The position numbers and the translations under genes were made by a program. The notes under the pieces were generated by a model. It saw only the letters and a list, made by a program, of their open reading frames with translations. It ran no database searches and was not told the DNA's origin. A stretch of 64,000 bases of DNA from Armatimonadota bacterium (lineage in GTDB: Bacteria; Armatimonadota; UBA5829), in contig JBDKUO010000009.1 of the NCBI GenBank assembly GCA_039679645.1, forward strand, positions 7,168 through 71,167, read 5' to 3'. Numbering within the stretch: the first letter of the stretch is position 1; each line of letters begins with the position of its first letter. This document shows, piece by piece, positions 27,299-35,750 of this stretch.

Positions 27299-28564
27299 TC
27301 AGCTTTCTACAAGATACATAAGCTCCTCAACCGACTTGCAGCCGCAAGCTCCATTCTCCAGCATCTCATCAACAAGTCCGCTCGCCATGCCGTCAGTGAA
27401 GTCCCTGTCCTTAATCAGATCGGGCTTAAGTAAGATCACTCTCTTACCGGACAGCGCGGCGTCATGCACCGCTTCGATGTTGAGAATATTGCCGTGGCCT
27501 ATCGGGACATCGGTGAGTATAATCACATCAGCGGATTTGATGAGTTCCAGGTGCTTTGCATGAGAGTCGGGCGCTATCTGAGCAAAGAGCTGCTGCGGCA
27601 CATATTCTATATCCAAAGCATCCGCCACTTCCTGATCGGCATCACTTTGATTGAGAACACCCGAGGTGACCTGATAACCCCGGCGCAGGAGTTTTGCAAA
27701 TATAGGCGCCGCAGTGCCTCCGCCCCCGACCACATGAACACGTATGGGTTTATCAAAATGCGCATCCGGTCTTTTTGACTTCGGGCTTATGCCGGAGATC
27801 ACATACGGCCTGCGTGTAGTCGGGTGGCGGCGGACCCATACCTCTGCCCCGTACACACGACGGATGTTCTCGGATGTGATCACTTCTTCGGGTGAACCGC
27901 TCGCCTGCACGCATCCCTGACCTATAATGACCAGCCGGTCACAATATGACCCAGCTAGATTGAGATCGTGAAGAACTGCTAAAACCGTCAACCCTCGATC
28001 CCTGTTCAGACCCTTCACCAGGTCCATTATCTCAAATTGAAAGCTGATGTCCAGGTGGGATGTAGGCTCATCGAGGAGTAAAACTTCAGGCTCCTGGGCC
28101 AGCGCACGAGCCATCATGACCCGCTGCCTCTCACCGCCCGAGAGCGCGTTTATAGGCCGGTCCTTTAGGTGGTCAGTGCCTGTCCGGCGGAGAGCATCAA
28201 GGGCTATTGCTTCATCTCTGGAAGACTCGACAGCGAACCGTCCCAGCCTGGGTGAACGCCCCATCAGCGCGACTTCCATCACGGTGAAGTCGAACGCGAC
28301 CATGGTCTCCTGGGGAACAACGGCGACCTTTCTGGCATACTCCCGGGCGGGGATTTTGTATACGTCTTTACCGTCGATCTGCACAAGACCCGACTGCGGC
28401 GCAAGCGCGCGAGAGATTGTTCGCAGCAGTGTGGTCTTGCCGCTGCCGTTGGGACCGATAATGCCAACAAACTCTGAGTCGGCAAGCTCCAACGAAACGC
28501 CGTTCAGGACCTGCGCTCCGTTATAGCCTGCATGGACATCTTCAACTTTAATCTTTGCACTCAC
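27299..28564 (-). CDS. ABC transporter ATP-binding protein (FepC/BtuD-like) fused to a C-terminal Rossmann-like domain
   Basis: 421 aa with Walker A GPNGSGKTTLL, signature LSGGERQRV and Walker B LLLDEPTSHLD in the first ~255 aa. A ~160-aa extension follows (VHVVGGGGTAAPIFAKLL..SADVIILTDVPIGHGNILN). There is no permease or binding-protein gene nearby. Confidence 0.85.
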   Translation of the reverse strand: MSAKIKVEDVHAGYNGAQVLNGVSLELADSEFVGIIGPNGSGKTTLLRTISRALAPQSGLVQIDGKDVYKIPAREYARKVAVVPQETMVAFDFTVMEVALMGRSPRLGRFAVESSRDEAIALDALRRTGTDHLKDRPINALSGGERQRVMMARALAQEPEVLLLDEPTSHLDISFQFEIMDLVKGLNRDRGLTVLAVLHDLNLAGSYCDRLVIIGQGCVQASGSPEEVITSENIRRVYGAEVWVRRHPTTRRPYVISGISPKSKRPDAHFDKPIRVHVVGGGGTAAPIFAKLLRRGYQVTSGVLNQSDADQEVADALDIEYVPQQLFAQIAPDSHAKHLELIKSADVIILTDVPIGHGNILNIEAVHDAALSGKRVILLKPDLIKDRDFTDGMASGLVDEMLENGACGCKSVEELMYLVES

Positions 28565-28663
28565 ACGGTTTCATTCGACCCCCGCAAATACTTATCCTCC
28601 GATTGCTTCAAAACAGGCTCTTGCGGGTATACATCAATCACTACAGTTTCGGGGGAGGCTATT

Positions 28664-29428
28664 ATGAAAATCGAACCGCTCTCGACAACAAATCTCAAAG
28701 ACGGCATTTACTGTGCGGCCCAAAAACCCAACAGCAAGGAAATATTCAACCAGCTTGAAGTCTGGCTGGAAAGCAACACTCTCAGGGGTCTGGTTGCGCG
28801 CGACGAAAGTGGCGAGGTCACCGGTTTCGTCCTGTATTATCCGATTGAAAGCGCTCCACTCGATGTGGAGGGCGAAGGCCTGTATATGGTCCAGTGCTTA
28901 TTTGTAAAGCCGCATTATCAGGCAAAGGGAGTCGGGCGGATGTTGGTTGAGGGCGCTGTGGCGGATGCGCGCGCAAGTGGAGCCTCGGGGTTGGCGGTTG
29001 AGGGCTATAAGAGGCGCACAGCAGCCGGATACGACTTCATGCCCGCGGCATTCTTCCGGCATCTGGGAATGGTTGAGGGTGAGTCGCACGACCAGGGCAC
29101 GCTCTACTATTTCAGCTTTGATGATAAGGCTCAGCCAAGATACTCTCCGGAAAACTCACCAAAGGTCAAGATTGATATGATCGACTGCCGCAGGTGCTAT
29201 GTGGGAGTCAGCGACCGCAAAGTCGTGGATGTCGTTATGGAAACCGAATCGCCCAAGTCAGCCGGATTACTGGTGGATGTCGGCCAAGCAGAGACCGACA
29301 AAAATATGTCCAGTGGAGTATTTGTAGACGGCAAGCTTACATATTTCAGTGGACCGATATCCGAAGACGGCGTGCTTGATGCAATTGAAGCGGCTGACTC
29401 AGCGCGCGACAGATCGATGGACCAATAA
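28664..29428 (+). CDS. GNAT family N-acetyltransferase with C-terminal extension
   Basis: ATG at 28664 is preceded by GGGGGAGG. The acetyl-CoA motif is QAKGVGRMLVEGAV. A ~90-aa tail (CRRCYVG...GVFVDGKLTYFSGP) may be YoaP-like. Confidence 0.75.
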   Translation: MKIEPLSTTNLKDGIYCAAQKPNSKEIFNQLEVWLESNTLRGLVARDESGEVTGFVLYYPIESAPLDVEGEGLYMVQCLFVKPHYQAKGVGRMLVEGAVADARASGASGLAVEGYKRRTAAGYDFMPAAFFRHLGMVEGESHDQGTLYYFSFDDKAQPRYSPENSPKVKIDMIDCRRCYVGVSDRKVVDVVMETESPKSAGLLVDVGQAETDKNMSSGVFVDGKLTYFSGPISEDGVLDAIEAADSARDRSMDQ

Positions 29429-29677
29429 AGCTGATGTTTAACATCTATCAGAGTAGGGTATAAAAAGCCTGGTAGACACATCACATCCAAACTTGGCGGA
29501 GGCGGCAGCTTTTGACAAAAAGCGAGCCGCCTCTGTCCGTACGCTGCCTCTTACCTAGACACAAAGTAAAATTCCTGATATCTTTAGTCAACACGGCAGA
29601 AATTCACTTTCTAACCGCGCCTCAATGCAGGCATAATATGATAGCAAGACCAATTTTAGAATCTTGGAGATGCAATA

Positions 29678-30478
29678 ATGAAAAAACACATGTGCAATAT
29701 TACACTCCCATGTATGGTAATTATATGGACTTTGGCGCTTGCTGCGTCCTGCGCCGCAGACATCGCAAGCGACGGGCGCGCTGTCGCGGATAAATACAAG
29801 GACGCAATCGTGACGGTGAACCTGGTGTTGGAGACAAAGGTTTCATATCAGGGCGGCAGCGACAATGAACAGCAGAAAGTCACCAGCACCGCAACTATTA
29901 TCGATCCGTCGGGGCTGGCTGTAACGTCACTCTCAGATATCGACCCGACTCTATTTTCATCATATATGGAACATGACGACAGCTTCAGCATGTCCGCTGA
30001 TGTGATCGACCTCAAGATCAAGCTCTCTGACGGCACCGAGGTCCCGGCAGATATCGTGCTGCGCGACAAAGACCTCGATCTTGCATTTATCAAGCCGAAG
30101 ACCGCTCCCAAAGCTGCTATGACTTACATCGATCTGTCCAAAGCGAGCACACCTCAAATGCTGGATGAGTTGATCGTGATCTCCAGGCTGGGTCAGATTG
30201 CAAACCGAGCGCTCGCGGCGTATGTGGACCGCGTGCAGGCCGTGTTGACTAAACCGCGCACGCTATATGTAGTGACAGGCATCTTCGGCCTGGGCAGCCC
30301 TACATTTACACCGGACGGTAAAATCGTAGGAATAGTGGTTGTCCGCGTTGACCAAAGCAAGGACAACGACTCCACTTCGCGATCAATGGGTTATGGAGAT
30401 TCCTTATACGTAGTCTTACCTGCCTCAACTATTGCTAAAGCCGCCGCGCAGGCCAAGGAAGCCGCACCGGCTAAGTAA
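29678..30478 (+). CDS. secreted trypsin-like (S1C/HtrA-like fold) protein, probably catalytically degenerate
   Basis: 266 aa with a signal peptide (MVIIWTLALAASCAA). The layout resembles the HtrA protease domain (AIVTV..., IIDPSGLAVTS, RDKDLDLAFIK, GLGSPTFTPDGKIVGIVV). No His appears where TNxHV normally is, and GLGSP replaces GNSGGP. Confidence 0.4.
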   Translation: MKKHMCNITLPCMVIIWTLALAASCAADIASDGRAVADKYKDAIVTVNLVLETKVSYQGGSDNEQQKVTSTATIIDPSGLAVTSLSDIDPTLFSSYMEHDDSFSMSADVIDLKIKLSDGTEVPADIVLRDKDLDLAFIKPKTAPKAAMTYIDLSKASTPQMLDELIVISRLGQIANRALAAYVDRVQAVLTKPRTLYVVTGIFGLGSPTFTPDGKIVGIVVVRVDQSKDNDSTSRSMGYGDSLYVVLPASTIAKAAAQAKEAAPAK

Positions 30479-30548
30479 CCAACATCTTTGTTTCAATGAG
30501 ATGCACCTTCGGGAAATTAAAGTAGTCAAAACCCATAATGCAGGGAGC

Positions 30549-30611
30549 GGGTGAAGCATTTGCGATTTAGCTTGTAAAGCCAGCTAAATGTGAACGGCAA
30601 ATGCTTCACCC
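30549..30611. repeat. 63-nt nested inverted repeat (15-bp perfect outer stem, 7-bp inner stem)
   Basis: GGGTGAAGCATTTGC-GA-TTTAGCT-tgtaaagcc-AGCTAAA-tgtgaacg-GCAAATGCTTCACCC. It ends 12 nt before the SD GAAGGAG of the hydrolase gene. A degenerate second copy lies at 12893-12955. Confidence 0.85.
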
Positions 30612-30634
30612 CTAGCCGAAGGAGCGTGATATCC

Positions 30635-31279
30635 ATGAGAACTGCGATTGATCGGCTGGTTTATATCGAAGCAAAGGGAATACGCCTGGAAGGAATGCTG
30701 GGTGTGCCTGAAAATGCAATCGGGGTAGTCCTTTTCGCACACGGAAGCGGCAGCAGCAGGCTCAGCCCAAGAAACCAGTTTGTAGCAAAATATCTCAGAA
30801 GTGAAGGCCTTGGAACCCTCCTGATCGACCTGCTTGAACCGGAAGAGGCCGAGGATCGGAGCAAAGTCTTCAATATAACGCTGCTTGCAGACCGCCTCAA
30901 AATCGCAACAGACTGGCTCCAGAAAAACGACTCCACTGCCGACCTGCAAATAGGCTACTTTGGCGCAAGCACAGGCGCTGCCGCTGCTCTTATGGCAGCC
31001 GCCGATAGACCGGAGATAGGTGCGGTCGTTTCACGAGGCGGCAGACCCGACCTTGCAATGAAATCCCTCCCGCTAGTCAAATCTCCCACCCTGCTGATTG
31101 TAGGCGGGATGGACGTGCCTGTAATCCAAATGAACAGGGAGGCCTACGATATGCTGGGCGGGCAAAAGCAAATGATAATCGTCCCCGGCGCGACACATCT
31201 TTTTGAGGAACCCGGCACATTGGAAGAGGTCGCTCGATTGGCAGCGGAGTGGTTCGGCAGGTATTTGGAATCGGAATAA
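30635..31279 (+). CDS. dienelactone hydrolase-family alpha/beta hydrolase
   Basis: ATG at 30635 follows GAAGGAG. Motifs: VVLFAHGSGSSRLSPRN, nucleophile-elbow-like GYFGASTGA, LLIVGG.D, and PGATHLFEEPG. Confidence 0.8.
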   Translation: MRTAIDRLVYIEAKGIRLEGMLGVPENAIGVVLFAHGSGSSRLSPRNQFVAKYLRSEGLGTLLIDLLEPEEAEDRSKVFNITLLADRLKIATDWLQKNDSTADLQIGYFGASTGAAAALMAAADRPEIGAVVSRGGRPDLAMKSLPLVKSPTLLIVGGMDVPVIQMNREAYDMLGGQKQMIIVPGATHLFEEPGTLEEVARLAAEWFGRYLESE

Positions 31280-31325
31280 TTCTTAAACTGCATTCATAAA
31301 TTTTAATAAATGATTAAAATTGGGG

Positions 31326-31354
31326 TTGACTGCCTGCTAAAAACCTAGTATAAT
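31326..31354 (+). promoter_or_regulatory. orphan consensus sigma70-type promoter
   Basis: TTGACT (31326-31331), a 17-nt spacer, then TATAAT (31349-31354). No plus-strand ORF lies downstream. Confidence 0.5.
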
Positions 31355-31360
31355 TACCAG

Positions 31361-31434
31361 TGCTTCTTTTTCTCCTTTCACTATCTGTATTTGTTGAGAC
31401 TTGGCTGGACGCCCAACGGCCAGGTCACTTTTTT
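31361..31434 (+). ncRNA. candidate ~75-nt small RNA (promoter-to-terminator unit)
   Basis: It starts about 7 nt after the TATAAT. It contains a pyrimidine tract CUUCUUUUUCUCCUUUC (anti-SD-like). It ends in the hairpin GACUUGGCU..GGCCAGGUC (31398-31426) followed by ACUUUUUUG. The hairpin and U-tract overlap the last codons of the convergent DUF362 gene. Confidence 0.3.
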
Positions 31435-32585
31435 GTCAGATTGTCAAACACTTTCCCCAACCAGCCGCGCTTTAGTCCTATGGCCGAAAAATTGCATACC
31501 TCATGGCAGCAATAACAGCGTATGCATTTGTTGAGATCAATAACCGGAGGCCTGCCGGGAGTAATGGCATGCACGGGACAAGCACGGGAACAGTCGCCGC
31601 AGCCGATGCACTCAGAGGACTTCACCTTTGGCACGGCCACAAGTTGACGCCGTAGAACTTTGCGTATCGGCAATGGGATCCTGTTCCAGTCATTCCTGCC
31701 GGATGAAAGCTTGAAATCGTTGACTCGAACAGAGTCGATCGACTCGCCGCGAATATCAATCGAGTCCAAGTCGGCGCACCCGAGGCCCTGCTGATGGGCG
31801 AGTCTGGTCGTGTCTATAGACATCGGGTCGATGCCTATTATACTGCATGCCACTGCATCCATGGCGACTGCATCATTCGACGCAATAATCAGCCCCACAT
31901 GCTTTGGACTCCCTGCATTGGGACCATCACCCTCCATCGCAATGACTGCGTCCATCACGTTCACCTTAGGTTTGAACACACGCAGCAGATCGACCAGCAT
32001 CTGCGCGAAAGTCTGACGGTTCTCTGCAGACTGAACGTGGAAGAGGCCCTTGCGCACACCAGGAATGCACCCGAAGATATTCTTCACAGCGCCCGTATAT
32101 GCAGTGAGGCCATGAGTTTTGAGTTTGGGAATATTTATGATCAGGTCTGATTCGAGAGCTTGGCGCGATACATCAAACGATCGGTAGAATCTGCCGTCCG
32201 GGTTGGCAGCCGTCACTGCATCTTCCTCGAACCTGATAAGTGGAATACCAAGTTCGCTCGCGACTGCCGACATGCCGGTTCGTTCGCAGAGCTTTGCGTA
32301 CTTTTGAGCGTTCTCACCCGCAAACGGCGGGCTATCTCCAAGCGCGACCCGGCTCCCCATCGATAGCACGTATTGCCCCAGCGCGCGAACGACTGCCGGG
32401 TGAGTGGTCACAGCCTCTTCAGGCAGGCGTGTGGAGAGCAGGTTAGGCTTCAGAAGTATGTTTTGAGCCTGGCTGATAGCTTCATCCAGACCCGCTAGCT
32501 CCAGAGCCTTTGCGACAGCCGATGAAACATGCTCGGTCTCATAATCCGCACACGACACTATGGATACTATCGATTGATTGCTCAT
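31425..32585 (-). CDS. DUF362 domain protein with C-terminal 2x[4Fe-4S] ferredoxin domain
   Basis: 386 aa with a DUF362-type N-terminus (VSIVSCADYE..V..AV.KALELAG). Two CxxCxxCxxxCP-type clusters are present (CIGCGDCSRACP, CIRCYCCHEVCN). Confidence 0.8.
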   Translation of the reverse strand: MSNQSIVSIVSCADYETEHVSSAVAKALELAGLDEAISQAQNILLKPNLLSTRLPEEAVTTHPAVVRALGQYVLSMGSRVALGDSPPFAGENAQKYAKLCERTGMSAVASELGIPLIRFEEDAVTAANPDGRFYRSFDVSRQALESDLIINIPKLKTHGLTAYTGAVKNIFGCIPGVRKGLFHVQSAENRQTFAQMLVDLLRVFKPKVNVMDAVIAMEGDGPNAGSPKHVGLIIASNDAVAMDAVACSIIGIDPMSIDTTRLAHQQGLGCADLDSIDIRGESIDSVRVNDFKLSSGRNDWNRIPLPIRKVLRRQLVAVPKVKSSECIGCGDCSRACPVHAITPGRPPVIDLNKCIRCYCCHEVCNFSAIGLKRGWLGKVFDNLTKK

Positions 32586-32858
32586 AGGCTAATACTCTAG
32601 ACGAATAGGCTAGTTATTGCAAGCACAAAGCTATGGATATCCATTTGCAGTTGCATTCAATCAGCTACAATTATCTTCACTCAACTCATCTAAAAAATAT
32701 CATAATGAGTTATATATCATACATCATATAAAAATATCCAAAATTGCGTTGCATAATGCGGAACTTTTTTTGTCTGCAGGTATTCTTATATGTATTGCGG
32801 GCAGGCACAAAAAACACGAATAGTGGAGTCTGATGACCTCCACGGAAAGAGGAAAAAG

Positions 32859-35693
32859 ATGAAGCTTAAAGAAAAGTTAGTCATCAGTTTTGTGCTTGTA
32901 TTATTATTTCTTACTTCGAACGTTTGGGCAGCAAAGGTCATTGCAGTGACGGCTGGCAGCGGTCATACAGTAGCCTTAAGGAGCGATGGCACAGTATGGG
33001 CTTGGGGACACAACGACCGTGGTCAACTTGGCGACGGTACCGAAGTTGATAAGTCGGCTCCAGTACAAGTCTCAGGACTTGATGGAGTAGTTGCCATCGC
33101 GGCTGGTTGGTGTCACACAGTAGCTCTAAAAAGTGACGGTACGGTATGGGCTTGGGGAGACAATACTCAAGCTCAGCTTGGCGATGGAACCGGCAACAAT
33201 GTACGATTGACTCCAGTGCAAGTCTCGGGCCTTAATGGAGTAGTTGCAATCGCGGCTGGCGAAAATCATACAGTAGCCTTAAAGAGTGACGGCACTATAT
33301 GGGCTTGGGGATCCAATGGTTGTGGCCAGGTTTGCAGTGGAACCACATGTTATGAAACTCCAGTACAGGTTACGGGGTTTACAGGAGTGATTGCCATTGC
33401 GGCTGGTGCAAATCACACGGTGGCAGTAAAGAACGATGGCACTGTATGGGCTTGGGGCAATAATGGTTTTGGTCAGCTTGGAAATGGAACTACCAGTAAT
33501 AATAATAGTTCGCTATCGACTCCGGTGCAAGTTTCCGACATTACTGGAGTTATCGCTGTAGCAGCTGGCGGGTGTCAAACATTTGCCCTAAAGAGTGATG
33601 GCACAGTAATGGCTTGGGGATTTAATGGAAATGGCGAACTTGGTAACGGAACTAGAACTAATGAGTCGACTCCTGTACAAGTCGCAGGGCTTACAGGAGT
33701 GGCTTCTATTGCGGCAGGCTCTTATCATACTGTGGCCGTGAGAAATGATGGCACTGTATGGGGTTGGGGAAACAACAGCTATGGCCAACTGGGTAATGGA
33801 AATAGTGCAATTCCAGTGCAAGTCTCCAACTTAACCGGGGTTGTTGCTGTTGCCGCGGGTTATGGACACACGGTTATTTTAACGAATGACGGCACAATTT
33901 GGGAATGTGGATATAATAAATATGGCCAGCTTGGCAATGGGTTTGATGCAGGTGGTACTCCAGCACAAGTACCCGGCATTACTGGAGTGGTTTCTATTGG
34001 GGCAGGCTTCTGTGACACAGTAGCATTAAAGAACAACAAAACTGTATGGACATGGGGGTGCAACTGGTATGGTCAGCTTGGCGATGGAACCACAACTAAT
34101 AAGTTAACTCCGATGCAAGTTCCCAGCCTTGACGCAGTAGCTGCCATTTGGGCTGGCTTTCATCACACGATTGCTGTAAAGAATGATGGCACAGTATGGA
34201 CTTGGGGATATAATGCCTATGGACAGCTTGGTGATGGGACCACTATAGACAAATCGATTCCGGTGCAAGTTTCCGGTATTAGCGGAGTAGTGGCCGTTTC
34301 GGGTGGTTTCTATCACACAACAGCCCTGAAGAGTGATGGCACTGTATGGGCATGGGGGCGCAACAACTGTGGCCAACTTGGAGACGGGAGCACTATAGAC
34401 AAATCGACTCCGGTGCAGGTTTCAGGCCTCGACGGAGTTATTGCCATAGCTGCTGGCGGCTCTTACACAGTAGCCCTTAAAAGTGACGGCACTGTATGGG
34501 CTTGGGGATACAATGGTTTGGGCGAGCTTGGCGACGGAACCACAACTAATAAGTTAACTCCGGTGCAAGTTTCAAGCCTCACTGGAGTAATTGCCATTTC
34601 GGCTGGCAGTTACCACACAGTTGCATTGAAAAATGATGGCACAGTATGGACTTGGGGATTTAATGGCCAATGCCAACTGGGCTATCTTACATATAATATG
34701 AGTATGTCGACCCCAATGCAAGTCACCAAGATTACCGGAGTGACTGCTATTGCGGCTGGCAGAGATCACACAATTGCCTTAAAAAGCGATGGGACGGTAT
34801 GGTGTTGGGGAGACAATTTTGCTGGCCAGCTTGGCCCCGTATATGGAAGTGGTGGGGTAAGCCCAAATCCATTACAAGTTCACAACCTTACAGGAGTTGT
34901 TGCTATCGCGGGCGGCAATGGTCATACAGTAGCCATAAAGAGTGACGGCACTGTATGGACATGGGGAAGCAATTCATACGGTGAGCTTGGCAATGGAGGG
35001 GCAACTAATAATCTAATCCCGCAAGTAGTTTTGGGATTTGAACCATTATCTACATCCAAAGCCAGAGCAAGTGAAAGCCGGATTATGGCTCTCGAATGTG
35101 TGGTCACAGGCAAATTCGATGACTGCATATATGTAGAAGACACTGACAAGTTGTGCGGGATCAAAGTAACTCCCGCTCCAAGCGATGCAGAGCTTGGAAA
35201 GCTGATAGATGCATACGGCACCCTGACTACAGTCGATGGAGAGAAAGCCATTTCGCTATCCTCATATAAAATGCAGACAGCTACAGGGTCAGTCAATCCA
35301 CTGGGCATGACCAATCAGAGCCTCGGCGGCGGCGATTTCATGTATAACCTGCTCACCGGCGAGGGCCAGGAGGGTGTATTCGGCTGGCAGTTGGTAAATA
35401 ACCCGGATACCGGTAAGTTTGAGCTTAAGCGGCAAAAACTGGCCGGGATCAACAACATCGGTCTGCTGGTGCGTGTATGGGGAAAGGTTATAGATATCGA
35501 TCCTGCTTCAATTCCAAGCTGGTTTAAGATATCTGATGGTTCGCTTACTAATGTAAAGGTGAGTGTCCCGACAGGGGTAAGTGTCCCGAACGAGGGCGAC
35601 TTTGTGAGCGTAACCGGAATAAGCTCATGTGAGATGTCTGGAGCTGAGCTGACCAACCTTGTAAGGGTCAGGCAGCAATCGGATATTGAATAG
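32859..35693 (+). CDS. secreted RCC1-repeat protein (14 blades, two predicted 7-bladed propellers) with ~290-aa C-terminal domain
   Basis: The likely start [24 protein letters not shown] at 32859 follows AGAGGAAAAAG. I counted 14 consecutive ~50-aa repeats of the form [26 protein letters not shown].....PVQVSGL.GV. The C-terminal region has no repeat. Confidence 0.85.
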   Translation: MKLKEKLVISFVLVLLFLTSNVWAAKVIAVTAGSGHTVALRSDGTVWAWGHNDRGQLGDGTEVDKSAPVQVSGLDGVVAIAAGWCHTVALKSDGTVWAWGDNTQAQLGDGTGNNVRLTPVQVSGLNGVVAIAAGENHTVALKSDGTIWAWGSNGCGQVCSGTTCYETPVQVTGFTGVIAIAAGANHTVAVKNDGTVWAWGNNGFGQLGNGTTSNNNSSLSTPVQVSDITGVIAVAAGGCQTFALKSDGTVMAWGFNGNGELGNGTRTNESTPVQVAGLTGVASIAAGSYHTVAVRNDGTVWGWGNNSYGQLGNGNSAIPVQVSNLTGVVAVAAGYGHTVILTNDGTIWECGYNKYGQLGNGFDAGGTPAQVPGITGVVSIGAGFCDTVALKNNKTVWTWGCNWYGQLGDGTTTNKLTPMQVPSLDAVAAIWAGFHHTIAVKNDGTVWTWGYNAYGQLGDGTTIDKSIPVQVSGISGVVAVSGGFYHTTALKSDGTVWAWGRNNCGQLGDGSTIDKSTPVQVSGLDGVIAIAAGGSYTVALKSDGTVWAWGYNGLGELGDGTTTNKLTPVQVSSLTGVIAISAGSYHTVALKNDGTVWTWGFNGQCQLGYLTYNMSMSTPMQVTKITGVTAIAAGRDHTIALKSDGTVWCWGDNFAGQLGPVYGSGGVSPNPLQVHNLTGVVAIAGGNGHTVAIKSDGTVWTWGSNSYGELGNGGATNNLIPQVVLGFEPLSTSKARASESRIMALECVVTGKFDDCIYVEDTDKLCGIKVTPAPSDAELGKLIDAYGTLTTVDGEKAISLSSYKMQTATGSVNPLGMTNQSLGGGDFMYNLLTGEGQEGVFGWQLVNNPDTGKFELKRQKLAGINNIGLLVRVWGKVIDIDPASIPSWFKISDGSLTNVKVSVPTGVSVPNEGDFVSVTGISSCEMSGAELTNLVRVRQQSDIE

Positions 35694-35750
35694 ATAGCAT
35701 TTATGGTGTCGGCGTTGTCTACCACACGCCGACACTATTTACGACTTTGC

